64,000 nt of DNA from Exiguobacterium sp. (GCF_020832205.1 NZ_JAFIFD010000026.1:7269-71268), one strand, 5' to 3'; counted from the stretch's first letter, positions 1-9,649 are shown. Program-made: numbers and translations. Notes: generated by a model from the sequence alone, not told the origin.

Positions 1-828
1 GGCCGTTTGCGTCAGACGAGCACCGATTTCGACTAAGATGGCATCCCCGGCGTCGTGGCCGTACGCATCGTTGATTGATTTGAAATGGTCGATGTCGAGG
101 AAGAGTAGCGCGACGTCTTGCGGACCGATGAACACTTCTTCGTCGACCCGCCTCATCTCTTCCTCGAAACGACGGCGGTTGCCGAGCCCGGTGAGCGCGT
201 CGGTGAAGGCGGCTTCTTTATATTTCGTGATGAGCCGCTCCGACCGTTGCATCTTGCGCATTCCGCCGTAAACGATATGGAGGACGAAGCCGGCCGAATA
301 GCCGATGACGATGAACGCGCTCAACGATAAGAAGTATGTCGTTGGGTGGTCATAATTATTAAAATTTAACATCGATAATCCACTAATGAACACGAGGCTG
401 ATCGCGTTCACGATACGAATGTCACGTGTCGGTTTGATGCGTTCCCGGACATGCATGTAGACAATCGAACCGCCGGCAGCGAGCGTGTAGTCGAGGAACG
501 TGATCAACAGCAGCGTCTCCGACAAGATGAACGGCAAGACGAGAATGCTGGCGACGTATGTGATGCGCACTCCGGGCAGTCCGAAGTAAAGCGCCGCGAT
601 GATGAGCGGGACGAAGCCGTATTGGAAGTCAGCTTGGACGTTCCAGAGCACACCGTGCAGCGTGATCAAGATGGACAGTCCGGCCAACAAAAAGGAAATC
701 GTCACTTGGCGCCGGACCGGCAGTTTCGTCGTGAATCCGAGTTTCGTGACGCGGGAGATGATATAGAGGCCGACGAGCAGAAGGCTCGCGTTGGCGATCA
801 AGTTGTTGATGAGATTCGTGAATGACAT
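1..828 (-). CDS. membrane-anchored diguanylate cyclase (GGDEF domain); C-terminal part lies outside the window
   Basis: Own minus-strand translation from ATG at 828: MSFTNLINNLIANASLLLVGLYIISRV..., several hydrophobic spans, then ...FTDALTGLGNRRRFEEEM...LFLDIDHFKSINDAYGHDAGD (start of the GGDEF fold). GGAGGA at 840-845 (rc). Absent from the ORF track because no stop lies in the window. Confidence 0.8.
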   Translation of the reverse strand, partial: MSFTNLINNLIANASLLLVGLYIISRVTKLGFTTKLPVRRQVTISFLLAGLSILITLHGVLWNVQADFQYGFVPLIIAALYFGLPGVRITYVASILVLPFILSETLLLITFLDYTLAAGGSIVYMHVRERIKPTRDIRIVNAISLVFISGLSMLNFNNYDHPTTYFLSLSAFIVIGYSAGFVLHIVYGGMRKMQRSERLITKYKEAAFTDALTGLGNRRRFEEEMRRVDEEVFIGPQDVALLFLDIDHFKSINDAYGHDAGDAILVEIGARLTQTA

Positions 829-878
829 TAGATAAAAAATCCTCCTCTAACTTCTATATACAGTCCGTAACGATGAAA

Positions 879-893
879 ATGCAATCGTTTTCT
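879..893. promoter_or_regulatory. LacI/CcpA-type operator-like site (ATGCAATCGTTTTCT)
   Basis: Resembles the cre consensus TGWNANCGNTNWCA with 2 mismatches. Shares the core TGYAANCGTTTYC with the two sites at 980-1014. Confidence 0.3.
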
Positions 894-966
894 AATTGGA
901 AAATGAAGGAGGTCTCCCAACGGTTTCCGTGAAGTGGGAGTTGCTAGGTGTTTGTTTAGAAAAACA

Positions 967-995
967 TTGAATTCCCAAAAGGAAACGTTTACAAT
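967..995 (+). promoter_or_regulatory. sigmaA-type promoter of the pullulanase gene
   Basis: TTGAAT (967-972), 17-nt spacer, TACAAT (990-995), about 48 nt upstream of the ATG at 1043. Confidence 0.55.
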
Positions 996-1014
996 TTTTG
1001 TGTAAGCGTTTTCT
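980..1014. promoter_or_regulatory. pair of inverted cre/LacI-type operator sites overlapping the -10 box and +1
   Basis: GGAAACGTTTACA (981-993) and TGTAAGCGTTTTC (1001-1013) are reverse complements of each other (13 bp, 2 G-T positions). The second site fits TGWNANCGNTNWCA with 1 mismatch. Confidence 0.45.
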
Positions 1015-1042
1015 CAAATTTATGCTACAAGGAGGGACCCAC

Positions 1043-3964
1043 ATGGTCAACAAACAATGGAAACCCGTATGGGCAGTTGTGCTAACGTTTGCACTAATTC
1101 TGTCGATGTTTCCGATGTCAGCGTCTGCCCTCGATAAAGGGAAGTCGACGTTAGTCGTCGTCCACTATCAAGAGGCGCCTGGCAACCAGACGGATTGGAA
1201 CTTATGGCTTTGGGCGAATAACCCAGATTATTTCCCGAACAAAGGCTTCGCCTTCAACGGTGAAGACGACTTCGGCAAGGTGGCGGCCTATGAATTCCCG
1301 GTCGACTCACCGGAACGACTCGGTCTCATCGTCCGCACGGACAATTGGGACAAAGACAAAGGGTCGGAAAACGATCGCTTCATCACGAGCGACATGATCA
1401 AAGACGGCGTCGCCGAAGTATGGATCAAGTCGGGTGACTCGAAAATTTACACGTCGAACCCTGACGGCGAGACAGAAGCGACAGACGTCGACATGAAAGT
1501 GCATTACTTCCGCTATGACAATACATACACGGACTGGGGTCTTTGGACTTGGCCGGACGGCGGAGACGGGCAGAGCATCGCTTTCGATGAGACGGACGCT
1601 TTCGGCGGCGTCGCGAACGTGAAGTTCGCGAACCCTGACGCGAAAAAGCTGATCGGCCTCATCACGAAAAAAGGGGAGTGGACGGAGAAAGACGGTGAAG
1701 ACCGCTTCGCGCTCAGCACGGCGAAAGAGATTTGGCTCGTCGAGGGCGACTCGACGATCTACTACTCGGAGCCTGAAATCGACCGTTCACCAAAAATCGT
1801 CGCGTTCGAAGCGACGACGTTCCGTACGGCGAAGCTCACGCTCAACCGTGCCATCGATGCCTCATTCGCAAGCGAATTGACAATCGACGGAGCTGCTGTG
1901 AAATCGGTTGAGGTGACAGGCGACAAGTCGGTCACGATCCACTTCAATGAAGATATCGATTTGACGAAAGTCATCACGGCGACGCACCCGACGTTCGGAG
2001 AGCGTGTGCTCCAAGCAGGCGACGTGCTCCGTTCACCGGAGTTCGACGCGAAGTATGCGTATGACGGCAAGCTCGGCATCACGTACCAAAAGTCGAAGAC
2101 GAACTTCGTCTTGTGGGCCCCGACGGCTCAAGACGTCAAACTCGAGCTTTGGAACATGCCGAAAGACCGTCCGGCGAACGACAAAGACGTGAAGAAGACG
2201 ATTCAAATGAAGCGTGGCGACCGCGGCACGTGGGTCGCTGAAGTACGCGGTGACCTCGACGGCATCGGATACACGTATAACGTCACGCACGCCTCAGGCA
2301 GCATCCGCGCGGTCGACCCGTATGCGACAGCGGTCGGCGTGAACGGGGACCAAGGGGTCATCGTCGACTTGAAAGAGACGAACCCGAAACGCTGGAACAG
2401 CATGAAACCAAAACTTCAAAACTCGACGGACGCGATTATCTACGAGACGCACGTCCGTGACTTCTCAATCTTCGACGTCACGTCGAACACGTATGACTCA
2501 GGCATTCGCCATAAAGGTAAATACCTCGGTGTCGTTCAACCAGGCACGCGTTTGATCGAGAACGGCAAGAAAACGAACACGAAGACAGGTCTTGACCACG
2601 TCAAAGACCTCGGCGTGACGCACGTCCAGTTCATCCCGGTGTACGACTACAACACGGCCTCGGTCGACGAGACGAACCCGGACGCGAAATACAACTGGGG
2701 TTACGACCCGAAAAACTACAACGCGCCGGAAGGGTCGTACTCGACGAACCCGTATGACGCGAAAGTCCGCATCACACAGTTGAAAGAGATGATTCAAGGG
2801 CTCCACGACCATAACTTGCGTGCGGTCATGGACGTCGTCTACAACCACATGTTCGACGCCCAAGCCTCGAACCTTCATAAGATCGTACCAGGTTACTATT
2901 ACCGCTACACAGCGGGCGGCGACTTCGCGAACGGAACCGGCGTCGGCAACGACACGGCCTCTGAGCGCAAGATGATGCAAAAACTCATCGTCGACTCGAC
3001 CGTCTACTGGGCAACCGAGTACAACTGGGACGGGTTCCGCTTCGACCTCATGGGGATCCATGACGTCGACACGATGAACAAAGTCCGTCAAGCGCTCGAC
3101 AAAGTCGACAAGTCGATCCTCGTCTTCGGCGAAGGATGGGACCTCGGCACACCGCTCGACCCGGCCTTGAAGGCGAACCAAAAGAACGCCTACAAGATGC
3201 CAGGTGTCGCACACTTCAACGACAACATCCGGGATGGCTTGAAAGGTAGTGTTTTCATCGATACGGACAACGGCTTCATCAACGGAAAAGATGGGCTCGA
3301 GAACCGCATCAAGACCGGCATCGTCGGTGAGATCGACTACAACGCAGAGATCAAAGGCTTTGCGAAAGACCCGACCCAAGCGATTACGTACGTTGAAGCA
3401 CACGACAACCATACGCTTTGGGACAAACTCGAATTGACGAACCCAGAGACGGCCGAAGCAGACCGGACGAAGATGCACCGTCTCGCCTCAAGCATCCTCT
3501 TGACGAGCCAAGGCACGACGTTCATCCACGCAGGCCAAGAGTTCATGCGGACGAAAGAAGGCGACCACAACTCGTACAAGTCGCCAGACCGCATCAACCA
3601 GATGGACTGGAAACGCGCCGCCGACCGTCAAGCGGACGTCCAGTACATGAAAGGCTTGATCGAGATGCGTAAAGCCAACCCAGGCCTTCGCATGACGGAC
3701 GCGAAAGACGTCAAGAAGAACGTCAAGTTCTATCGCTCGGAACCGAACGTCATCACGTACTTAATCGATGACAAGGCACCAGGACAGAAGAAAGATTTGT
3801 TCATCACGCATAACGCCAACGCGGAAACGGTCAAAGTGAAACTCCCGACTGGGCAGTGGAACGTGATCGTCGACGGCAACCAGGCAGGGACGAAGACGCT
3901 CAAACGCGTCTCGGGCTATGTCGAAGTGCCATCGTACGCGACGGTCGTCGTGAAACAACCGTAA
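1043..3964 (+). CDS. pulA: type I pullulanase (GH13, secreted)
   Basis: Signal peptide MVNKQWKPVWAVVLTFALILSMFPMSASA. Type-I pullulanase signature YNWGYDP, GFRFDLMG and EGWD catalytic regions. GGAGGG 6 nt before the ATG at 1043; the ORF-track start 998 is an upstream TTG. Confidence 0.9.
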   Translation: MVNKQWKPVWAVVLTFALILSMFPMSASALDKGKSTLVVVHYQEAPGNQTDWNLWLWANNPDYFPNKGFAFNGEDDFGKVAAYEFPVDSPERLGLIVRTDNWDKDKGSENDRFITSDMIKDGVAEVWIKSGDSKIYTSNPDGETEATDVDMKVHYFRYDNTYTDWGLWTWPDGGDGQSIAFDETDAFGGVANVKFANPDAKKLIGLITKKGEWTEKDGEDRFALSTAKEIWLVEGDSTIYYSEPEIDRSPKIVAFEATTFRTAKLTLNRAIDASFASELTIDGAAVKSVEVTGDKSVTIHFNEDIDLTKVITATHPTFGERVLQAGDVLRSPEFDAKYAYDGKLGITYQKSKTNFVLWAPTAQDVKLELWNMPKDRPANDKDVKKTIQMKRGDRGTWVAEVRGDLDGIGYTYNVTHASGSIRAVDPYATAVGVNGDQGVIVDLKETNPKRWNSMKPKLQNSTDAIIYETHVRDFSIFDVTSNTYDSGIRHKGKYLGVVQPGTRLIENGKKTNTKTGLDHVKDLGVTHVQFIPVYDYNTASVDETNPDAKYNWGYDPKNYNAPEGSYSTNPYDAKVRITQLKEMIQGLHDHNLRAVMDVVYNHMFDAQASNLHKIVPGYYYRYTAGGDFANGTGVGNDTASERKMMQKLIVDSTVYWATEYNWDGFRFDLMGIHDVDTMNKVRQALDKVDKSILVFGEGWDLGTPLDPALKANQKNAYKMPGVAHFNDNIRDGLKGSVFIDTDNGFINGKDGLENRIKTGIVGEIDYNAEIKGFAKDPTQAITYVEAHDNHTLWDKLELTNPETAEADRTKMHRLASSILLTSQGTTFIHAGQEFMRTKEGDHNSYKSPDRINQMDWKRAADRQADVQYMKGLIEMRKANPGLRMTDAKDVKKNVKFYRSEPNVITYLIDDKAPGQKKDLFITHNANAETVKVKLPTGQWNVIVDGNQAGTKTLKRVSGYVEVPSYATVVVKQP

Positions 3965-3970
3965 CGAGTG

Positions 3971-4002
3971 AGACCATGGGACGAACGTCCCGTGGTCTTT
4001 TT
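3971..4002 (+). terminator. rho-independent terminator
   Basis: 11-bp stem AGACCATGGGA/TCCCGTGGTCT, 6-nt loop, then TTTTT. Confidence 0.8.
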
Positions 4003-4203
4003 GCATGGATTAATGTGTCGGAATTGTGAACTTGGCTTTGGCGGTCAAATTGGGTTACACGTTGAAATCATGACATTTTATTGAAAATATGTACATAAAA
4101 GAGATTATTCACCTTATTTTCAAAAGAATCGGCTAAAATCGCCCGTGCCGTCTTATATAATGAGAGAGAAAAGTATTATGTGTGACATTTATCACACCGG
4201 GGA

Positions 4204-7050
4204 GTGGTGAACATGGGCTTCTTCCGAAACTGGAAGCATGCATTGGAATCGAACGTTGAACAACTAGAGCGCGGTGAACGGATCAATCTTGACCCGTTGC
4301 TGTTGGATCAGTATCCGGACGCCGTGTACGTGCTCGATCGGGAATTGAAACTGATTGATTCGAACGAAAAGCTGTCGCTATTGTTCAACGGGGAGGAAGA
4401 GCGTTTCCTGCAGACGAAGTCGTGGTTGACCCGAACGGAAAGTGAGCGCGTGTGCGCGTTCCATGGCCGGGCGCTCCAAGGGGAGACGGTCCATTATGAG
4501 ATCAAAGTGAGTGTGAACGGGAAACAAGCGCACTTCTCGGTGACGAACACGCCGCTTTACGCCGGACGCATCATCACCGGACTATACGGGGTCGTCAAAG
4601 ACTTGACGACCCAGACCGAGCTCCGAGAAAACTACAACCGCTTGAAAGTGAGCCGGACGTTGTTCGAGCGTATCCCGGGCCTCATCTTGGTCGAGATGAA
4701 CCTTGAGACGGGGGAGTTTTACCACTCGCCGCAGACGGGGAAACTGCTCGGACTGACGAAGCGGCAGCTCGGCGAGATGAAACGGGAGCATTTCCGGAAC
4801 TTGATTCACGAGGACGACCGCGGCTCGTTCGCCGCCGCGCTCGAAGTGCTGTTGCACGACCCCGAACAGTTCGAATACGAGACGCAACTGCGCGCCTTCA
4901 ACCCGAAAGCGAAAAAATATTTGGACCTCATCGTTAAAGTCGGGGTGTCGAAAGACCGGAAAGCGGTCACGTGGGCGATGTTTGACGTGACGAACTTGAC
5001 GAAAGTGGAAGAAGAGCTGACGAAAGAGCGGTCGAAAGTGAAACAGTTGTGTGAAATCGTCGATTCGGTCATCTTTGAACGGTACTTCGACACGAAACGG
5101 TTCAACTTTTTGACGCCTGGTTTCTCGCTCATCTTCGGCTATACGGAAGACCAGTTCAACACGCATCCGGACTATTGGCAAAAAGTCGTCGTCCCGGACG
5201 ACGTCCCGAAAGTGAATCAAGCACGGGAAGTGACGCTCAGCGGCAAACCGTCGACGTTCTCCTACCGCATCTTCGCCAAGGGCGAGGTCAAATGGATCGA
5301 AGAGAACCGCGAACCGATCTTTTCTGAGCACGGGGACGTCGTCGGTTTCCGGACGCTCGTCAAAGACATCACCCAGTTGAAGCAACAGCAAGAAGAGATT
5401 TGGCGCCTCGCCTCGCTCGACCCGATTACGAACATGCCGAACACCGAATCAGTCTACCATTTGACGAGGAAGCGCGACCCGTTCACGTTGTTCTCCTTGT
5501 CGTTCAACCGGATCGGCGAGATCAACCATACGTTCGGCTACGAGTTCGGTGACAAATGGCGCATCGCGACAGTGAACCAGTTGATCCGCCTGTTGCCGAA
5601 AGACGCACTGCTCGGCCATCTCGACGCGGACAACGTGTTAATCGTCTTGCCGCGACGGATGGAGGACCCGGAAGTGCTCGCGCTCGGACAGACGCTCGGG
5701 TCGCTATCGAAATACCGCTTCCGCATCGACGTGTACGACTTGTTCGCCCGCGTCTCGATCGGCGTGAGCCGCTATCCGGAAGACGGGGAACAGGCGAGCG
5801 AGCTCATCAAGCACGCCTGCATCGCCATGAACCGGGTCGATAAGAAAGTCGGGACGAAACTCGAACTGTACTCGTCGCAGATGGACATCGAGTCGCTCAA
5901 GCGGTACGAGTTGCTTCGCGATATGCGCGACGCGCTGAAGAACAAAGAGTTTTATCTCATGTACCAGCCGAAAGTGAACGCCTGGACCGGTCAAATCGTC
6001 GGGGCCGAGGCGCTCATGCGTTGGACGCACCCGACGTGGGGGTCGATTTCCCCGGCCGAATTCATCCCGCTCGCCGAGGAGAGCAGTCTTCACCTCGAGC
6101 TGACGAACTGGCTGATCGAGGAAGTGTGTCGCTATGTGACGTCGCTCGAGCGGAAAGTGCCGATCTCAATCAACGTGTCGGCCAAATATTTGTACCAAGA
6201 ACATTTCGAACGCGTCCTCGAGGATATGCTCGACCGCTTCAACGTACCACCAGGCTATCTTGAGGTCGAAATCTCAGAGACGTCGCTGTTAGAGGATGCC
6301 CAACAGATCACCGAAGCGTTCAAACGGTTGAACGACCTCGGTGTGCCGATCGCGTTCGACGACTTCGGGAAAGGGTATTCGTCGCTCGCCTATTTGCAGG
6401 CGTACAGCGCCCAGACGATCAAGATCGACCGTGTGTTCGCCCATAACGTCAACCAAAGCCGGAAAGCCCAAGGCATCATTCGGAGCCTGCTCCTCATCGC
6501 CGAAGAGTTCGGCATGAACGTCGTCGTCGAAGGCGTCGAGATGATGGACGATTTGCTTCGGCTCCGGGAGTTCGGCTGTCACGTCATCCAAGGTTACATC
6601 TTCAGCCGTCCGTTAAAAACGGACGAGTTCGAACAGGCGCTCCGACTCGGGACGCTCCCGCCGATCGAAGAGTACGTCGAGACCGTGCAGACGGCGAGCC
6701 GTTTGATTCACGCCGGCATCACCATCACCCGACTCCGGAACCAAGATGTCGCCGTCGGAACGTCCCCGATCGTCATCATGCGGCGCGGCTTCAAGACGAT
6801 CGCCTTTTACGGCTCGATCCGCTTGCCGGTCGACAGTGACATCACGCTCGTCCTCTTGCTCGACGACGGCCACCCGCCGTTCCCGATTCAAGTGAAGCGA
6901 TTGACCGAGCTCGCGAACGGACTGTATCAATACGAGGCGACGTATGAACAGACTGTCGAGCTCGAGAAGCGGTTGACCGCTCTAGAGAGCGAGAAACCGC
7001 GGGGCTTCACGATCCAACAACCGAGAGACTTGGTCGAAGAGACCGAGTGA
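4204..7050 (+). CDS. PAS / degenerate-GGDEF / EAL phosphodiesterase with a C-terminal PilZ-like tail
   Basis: EAL motifs are intact: EALMRW, DDFGKGYSSL, IKIDRVF, EGVE, QGYIFSRP. The GGDEF position reads DADNV. PAS-like N-terminal repeats. A 128-aa tail follows the EAL domain. The start may be the ATG at 4213. Confidence 0.85.
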   Translation: MVNMGFFRNWKHALESNVEQLERGERINLDPLLLDQYPDAVYVLDRELKLIDSNEKLSLLFNGEEERFLQTKSWLTRTESERVCAFHGRALQGETVHYEIKVSVNGKQAHFSVTNTPLYAGRIITGLYGVVKDLTTQTELRENYNRLKVSRTLFERIPGLILVEMNLETGEFYHSPQTGKLLGLTKRQLGEMKREHFRNLIHEDDRGSFAAALEVLLHDPEQFEYETQLRAFNPKAKKYLDLIVKVGVSKDRKAVTWAMFDVTNLTKVEEELTKERSKVKQLCEIVDSVIFERYFDTKRFNFLTPGFSLIFGYTEDQFNTHPDYWQKVVVPDDVPKVNQAREVTLSGKPSTFSYRIFAKGEVKWIEENREPIFSEHGDVVGFRTLVKDITQLKQQQEEIWRLASLDPITNMPNTESVYHLTRKRDPFTLFSLSFNRIGEINHTFGYEFGDKWRIATVNQLIRLLPKDALLGHLDADNVLIVLPRRMEDPEVLALGQTLGSLSKYRFRIDVYDLFARVSIGVSRYPEDGEQASELIKHACIAMNRVDKKVGTKLELYSSQMDIESLKRYELLRDMRDALKNKEFYLMYQPKVNAWTGQIVGAEALMRWTHPTWGSISPAEFIPLAEESSLHLELTNWLIEEVCRYVTSLERKVPISINVSAKYLYQEHFERVLEDMLDRFNVPPGYLEVEISETSLLEDAQQITEAFKRLNDLGVPIAFDDFGKGYSSLAYLQAYSAQTIKIDRVFAHNVNQSRKAQGIIRSLLLIAEEFGMNVVVEGVEMMDDLLRLREFGCHVIQGYIFSRPLKTDEFEQALRLGTLPPIEEYVETVQTASRLIHAGITITRLRNQDVAVGTSPIVIMRRGFKTIAFYGSIRLPVDSDITLVLLLDDGHPPFPIQVKRLTELANGLYQYEATYEQTVELEKRLTALESEKPRGFTIQQPRDLVEETE

Positions 7051-7053
7051 TTC

Positions 7054-7084
7054 GAGCGAGCCGGCACATCGGCTCGCTTTTTTG
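7054..7084 (+). terminator. rho-independent terminator
   Basis: Stem GCGAGCCG/CGGCTCGC followed by TTTTTT. Confidence 0.8.
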
Positions 7085-7157
7085 TATTGCGTGCGGGTAG
7101 AAAAGCGGGACGGGTTTCACTTAAGATGGAATGGACAGACACGAAGAGGAGACAGAC

Positions 7158-8231
7158 ATGATGGTACAGGAAGCCCGACACTTTTTTTCACAACTGACAG
7201 GTGACCAGACCGAGCGGCTGCGCGCAGTCGAGGCGGAGATCGAACGGACGGGCACGTATACGCTCACGACCGAAGAATTGACGGAAGGAGCGAAACTCGC
7301 TTGGCGCAACTCGAACCGATGTATCGGCCGCTTGTTCTGGCAGACGCTCACCGTCCGTGACGCCCGGCATGTGACGACGTTTGACGGCGTGTTCGATCAG
7401 CTCGTCGCCCATCTACGTTTCGCCACGAACGGCGGGAAAATCCGTTCGACGATGACGGTGCTCCCGAACGAGTTTCGCCTGTTGAACAGCCAGCTCGTCC
7501 GCTATGCGGCGTATGAGACCGAGGACGGCATCCTTGGGGACCCGTTGTCGCTCGCGATCACGCGCCAAGCCGAACGCCTCGGGTGGCGCGGGGCGGGGAC
7601 GGCGTTTGACGTCTTGCCGCTCCTCATCACGGACGGCCGTGACGTCCGGCTATATGAACTGCCAGAGGACGCGGTGCTCGAAGTGGAGATCACGCACGAC
7701 GACTACGACTTGTTTGACGGACGGCTCGTCAAGTGGCACGCCGTCCCGGCCATCGCCGATATGGAGCTCGAGATTGGCGGGGTGCGTTTCACCTCGGTCC
7801 CGTTCAACGGCTGGTATATGGAGACGGAGATCGGTGCCCGTAACTTGGCTGATGCGGACCGCTACAACTTGTTGCCGCTCGTCGGCGCCTCGCTCGGGCT
7901 CGATACGACGAAAGAGCGGACATTGTGGCGTGACCGGGCGCTCGTCGAGCTGAACGTCGCCGTCTTGCAGTCGTTCGAGCGAGCCGGCGTGACAATCGTC
8001 GACCACCACACGGCGGCCAAACAGTTCAAGCGGTTCGAGAAGAACGAGACGGAGGCCGGGCGCGCCGTGACCGGGCAATGGAGCTGGCTCATCCCGCCGC
8101 TCTCGCCGGCCGCGACGCACGTCTTCCATCAACATTACGACAACGAGATTGTCACACCGAACTTGTTCGCCCGCTCCGGTTGCCCGTTTTCGGCGTTTCA
8201 AGCGAAGCCAAAAGAGGAATTGAAAGGCTAG
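7158..8231 (+). CDS. nos: bacterial nitric oxide synthase, oxygenase domain only
   Basis: Heme-thiolate motif WRNSNRCIGRLFWQTL. Collinear by eye with B. subtilis NOS (GAKLAWRNSNRCIGR, ATNGGKIRST). No reductase domain. AGAGGAG RBS before the ATG at 7158. Confidence 0.9.
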   Translation: MMVQEARHFFSQLTGDQTERLRAVEAEIERTGTYTLTTEELTEGAKLAWRNSNRCIGRLFWQTLTVRDARHVTTFDGVFDQLVAHLRFATNGGKIRSTMTVLPNEFRLLNSQLVRYAAYETEDGILGDPLSLAITRQAERLGWRGAGTAFDVLPLLITDGRDVRLYELPEDAVLEVEITHDDYDLFDGRLVKWHAVPAIADMELEIGGVRFTSVPFNGWYMETEIGARNLADADRYNLLPLVGASLGLDTTKERTLWRDRALVELNVAVLQSFERAGVTIVDHHTAAKQFKRFEKNETEAGRAVTGQWSWLIPPLSPAATHVFHQHYDNEIVTPNLFARSGCPFSAFQAKPKEELKG

Positions 8232-8246
8232 AACCGAAACGAAAGG

Positions 8247-8666
8247 ATGATGAACGTGGCAGTCCCAATTTGGAAACGCGCCGTCGCCAGTCAAATCGAC
8301 CAACTGATCTTTCAAACCCCGGCCAAACTCGTCGAGAAGGCGATCCGTAAAAAACTTCGGCCTGGTAAAGAAGTGAAGCGGTATTACTTACCAACGCTCG
8401 TCATGATCGCCGGAGAAGTGTACTTCCTCTTGAACAAGAACGGGCAGACGATCGGCGACCAAGTCGTCGGCATCAAAGTCGTGAGCCAAGACGGGCGCCC
8501 GCTCTCGCTCGAACAAGTCGTGAAACGGACGCTGTATAAAGACGTCGTCTATCCGGCGACGCTCGGCCTTCCGCTCCTCCGGGCGCTCCAACAGATGAAG
8601 TCGAACAAAGACGTCGAGCTCCCACACGACGAGTTCGCGCACACGAAGCTCATATCGACGAAGTGA
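8247..8666 (+). CDS. RDD family membrane protein
   Basis: KRAVASQIDQLIF at the N-terminus and GQTIGDQVVGIKVVSQDGRPLSL resemble RDD-domain proteins. One central hydrophobic span. Confidence 0.55.
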   Translation: MMNVAVPIWKRAVASQIDQLIFQTPAKLVEKAIRKKLRPGKEVKRYYLPTLVMIAGEVYFLLNKNGQTIGDQVVGIKVVSQDGRPLSLEQVVKRTLYKDVVYPATLGLPLLRALQQMKSNKDVELPHDEFAHTKLISTK

Positions 8667-8672
8667 CGACAG

Positions 8673-8702
8673 GCAGGGCGATTCTTATCGCGCTGCTTTT
8701 TT
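8673..8702 (+). terminator. rho-independent terminator
   Basis: GCAGGGCGAT/ATCGCGCTGC stem (1 mismatch) followed by TTTTTT. Confidence 0.65.
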
Positions 8703-8778
8703 CATCGGGGAAGTGACAGGAGAAATAAGGTATAATGAGAGTGGACAAAAACGAACGATTAACGGAGGATTTGTACTT

Positions 8779-9630
8779 ATGACAAAAATCGCATGGATCA
8801 CAGATAGTATGGCCAACTTTTCAAAAGAGGAAGCGGCCAAGCTTGGGGTCGAGATCGTCCCGATTCAACTGATCGTCGACGGGAGCGGCTACAGCGAGGT
8901 CGACTTGTCGCTCGAAGACTTGCATCGTTACATGATCGACCAAAAGAAAGAAGCGAAGACGTCACAACCGATCTTCGGTGATTTCATCGCGCGATATGAG
9001 CGTTTGAAAGAAGACGGATATGACTGCGCCATTGCCGTCCACTGTTCGAATGGGCTGAGCTCGACGGTGAAAAATTCGAGCGCTGCCGCCGAAGCGGCCG
9101 GCTTCACTGTTCATACGGTCGACTCGCACGCTGCGCTCGAAGCGCAACAAGAACTCGTCCGTCTCGGGCTCGAAGCCGAGAAAGAAGGGAAGACGCCGGA
9201 AGAAATCGTCGCGCTCCTTGAAGCGTGGCGCGACAAGAAAAACTTCTTCATGATCATCGGCAATATGGAGACGATGCGCCGTGGCGGCCGCGTCTCGTCC
9301 GGCGAGCTATTCCTCGCCAACATTTTGAACATCAAGCCGATCATCACGCTCGACGAGACCGGGAAAGTCATCCCGTTCAAAAAAGCGCGTTCGCTCAAAA
9401 AAGCGTACGTGGAGATGGTAAGCGAGCTTGAACGTCGCCATGCGGCGAACGGCGTCCGCGACAACCGCGTCTTCGTCCAGACGGCGCTCGCCCCAAACAT
9501 GCAAGCAGACCTCGTCGCGCTCATCGAATCGAAACTGCCGGACCTTGAAGTCGTGAAGACGCGCTTCTGCCCGTCAATCGCGGTCCACGCCGGCTTTGAG
9601 ACGGTCGGGGTACTCTGGCTCGACGCGTGA
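8779..9630 (+). CDS. DegV family fatty-acid-binding protein
   Basis: MTKIAWITDSMANF..., TSQP motif, GNMETMRRGGR motif, typical length of about 283 aa. GGAGG at 8764-8768 before the ATG at 8779. Confidence 0.85.
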   Translation: MTKIAWITDSMANFSKEEAAKLGVEIVPIQLIVDGSGYSEVDLSLEDLHRYMIDQKKEAKTSQPIFGDFIARYERLKEDGYDCAIAVHCSNGLSSTVKNSSAAAEAAGFTVHTVDSHAALEAQQELVRLGLEAEKEGKTPEEIVALLEAWRDKKNFFMIIGNMETMRRGGRVSSGELFLANILNIKPIITLDETGKVIPFKKARSLKKAYVEMVSELERRHAANGVRDNRVFVQTALAPNMQADLVALIESKLPDLEVVKTRFCPSIAVHAGFETVGVLWLDA

Positions 9631-9649
9631 ACGTAAAGGAGGGAACGAC

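Noticed and set aside
38-825. Plus-strand ORFs 38-271, 118-330 and 451-825.
   Set aside because: They lie antisense to a well-supported minus-strand GGDEF/membrane gene. Their Arg/Asp/Glu-rich low-complexity translations are typical of antisense frames in GC-rich genes.
2498-3478. 326-aa minus-strand ORF inside the pullulanase gene.
   Set aside because: It is antisense to a gene with clear GH13 motifs. Its Val/Arg/Asp-rich composition has no motifs.
4582-5391. 269-aa minus-strand ORF inside the PAS-EAL gene.
   Set aside because: It is an antisense artefact of a GC-rich coding region with no RBS or motif. The same reasoning applies to 5704-6093 and 6613-6930.
7650-8315. 221-aa minus-strand ORF overlapping nos.
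   Set aside because: It is antisense to an unambiguous NOS oxygenase gene.
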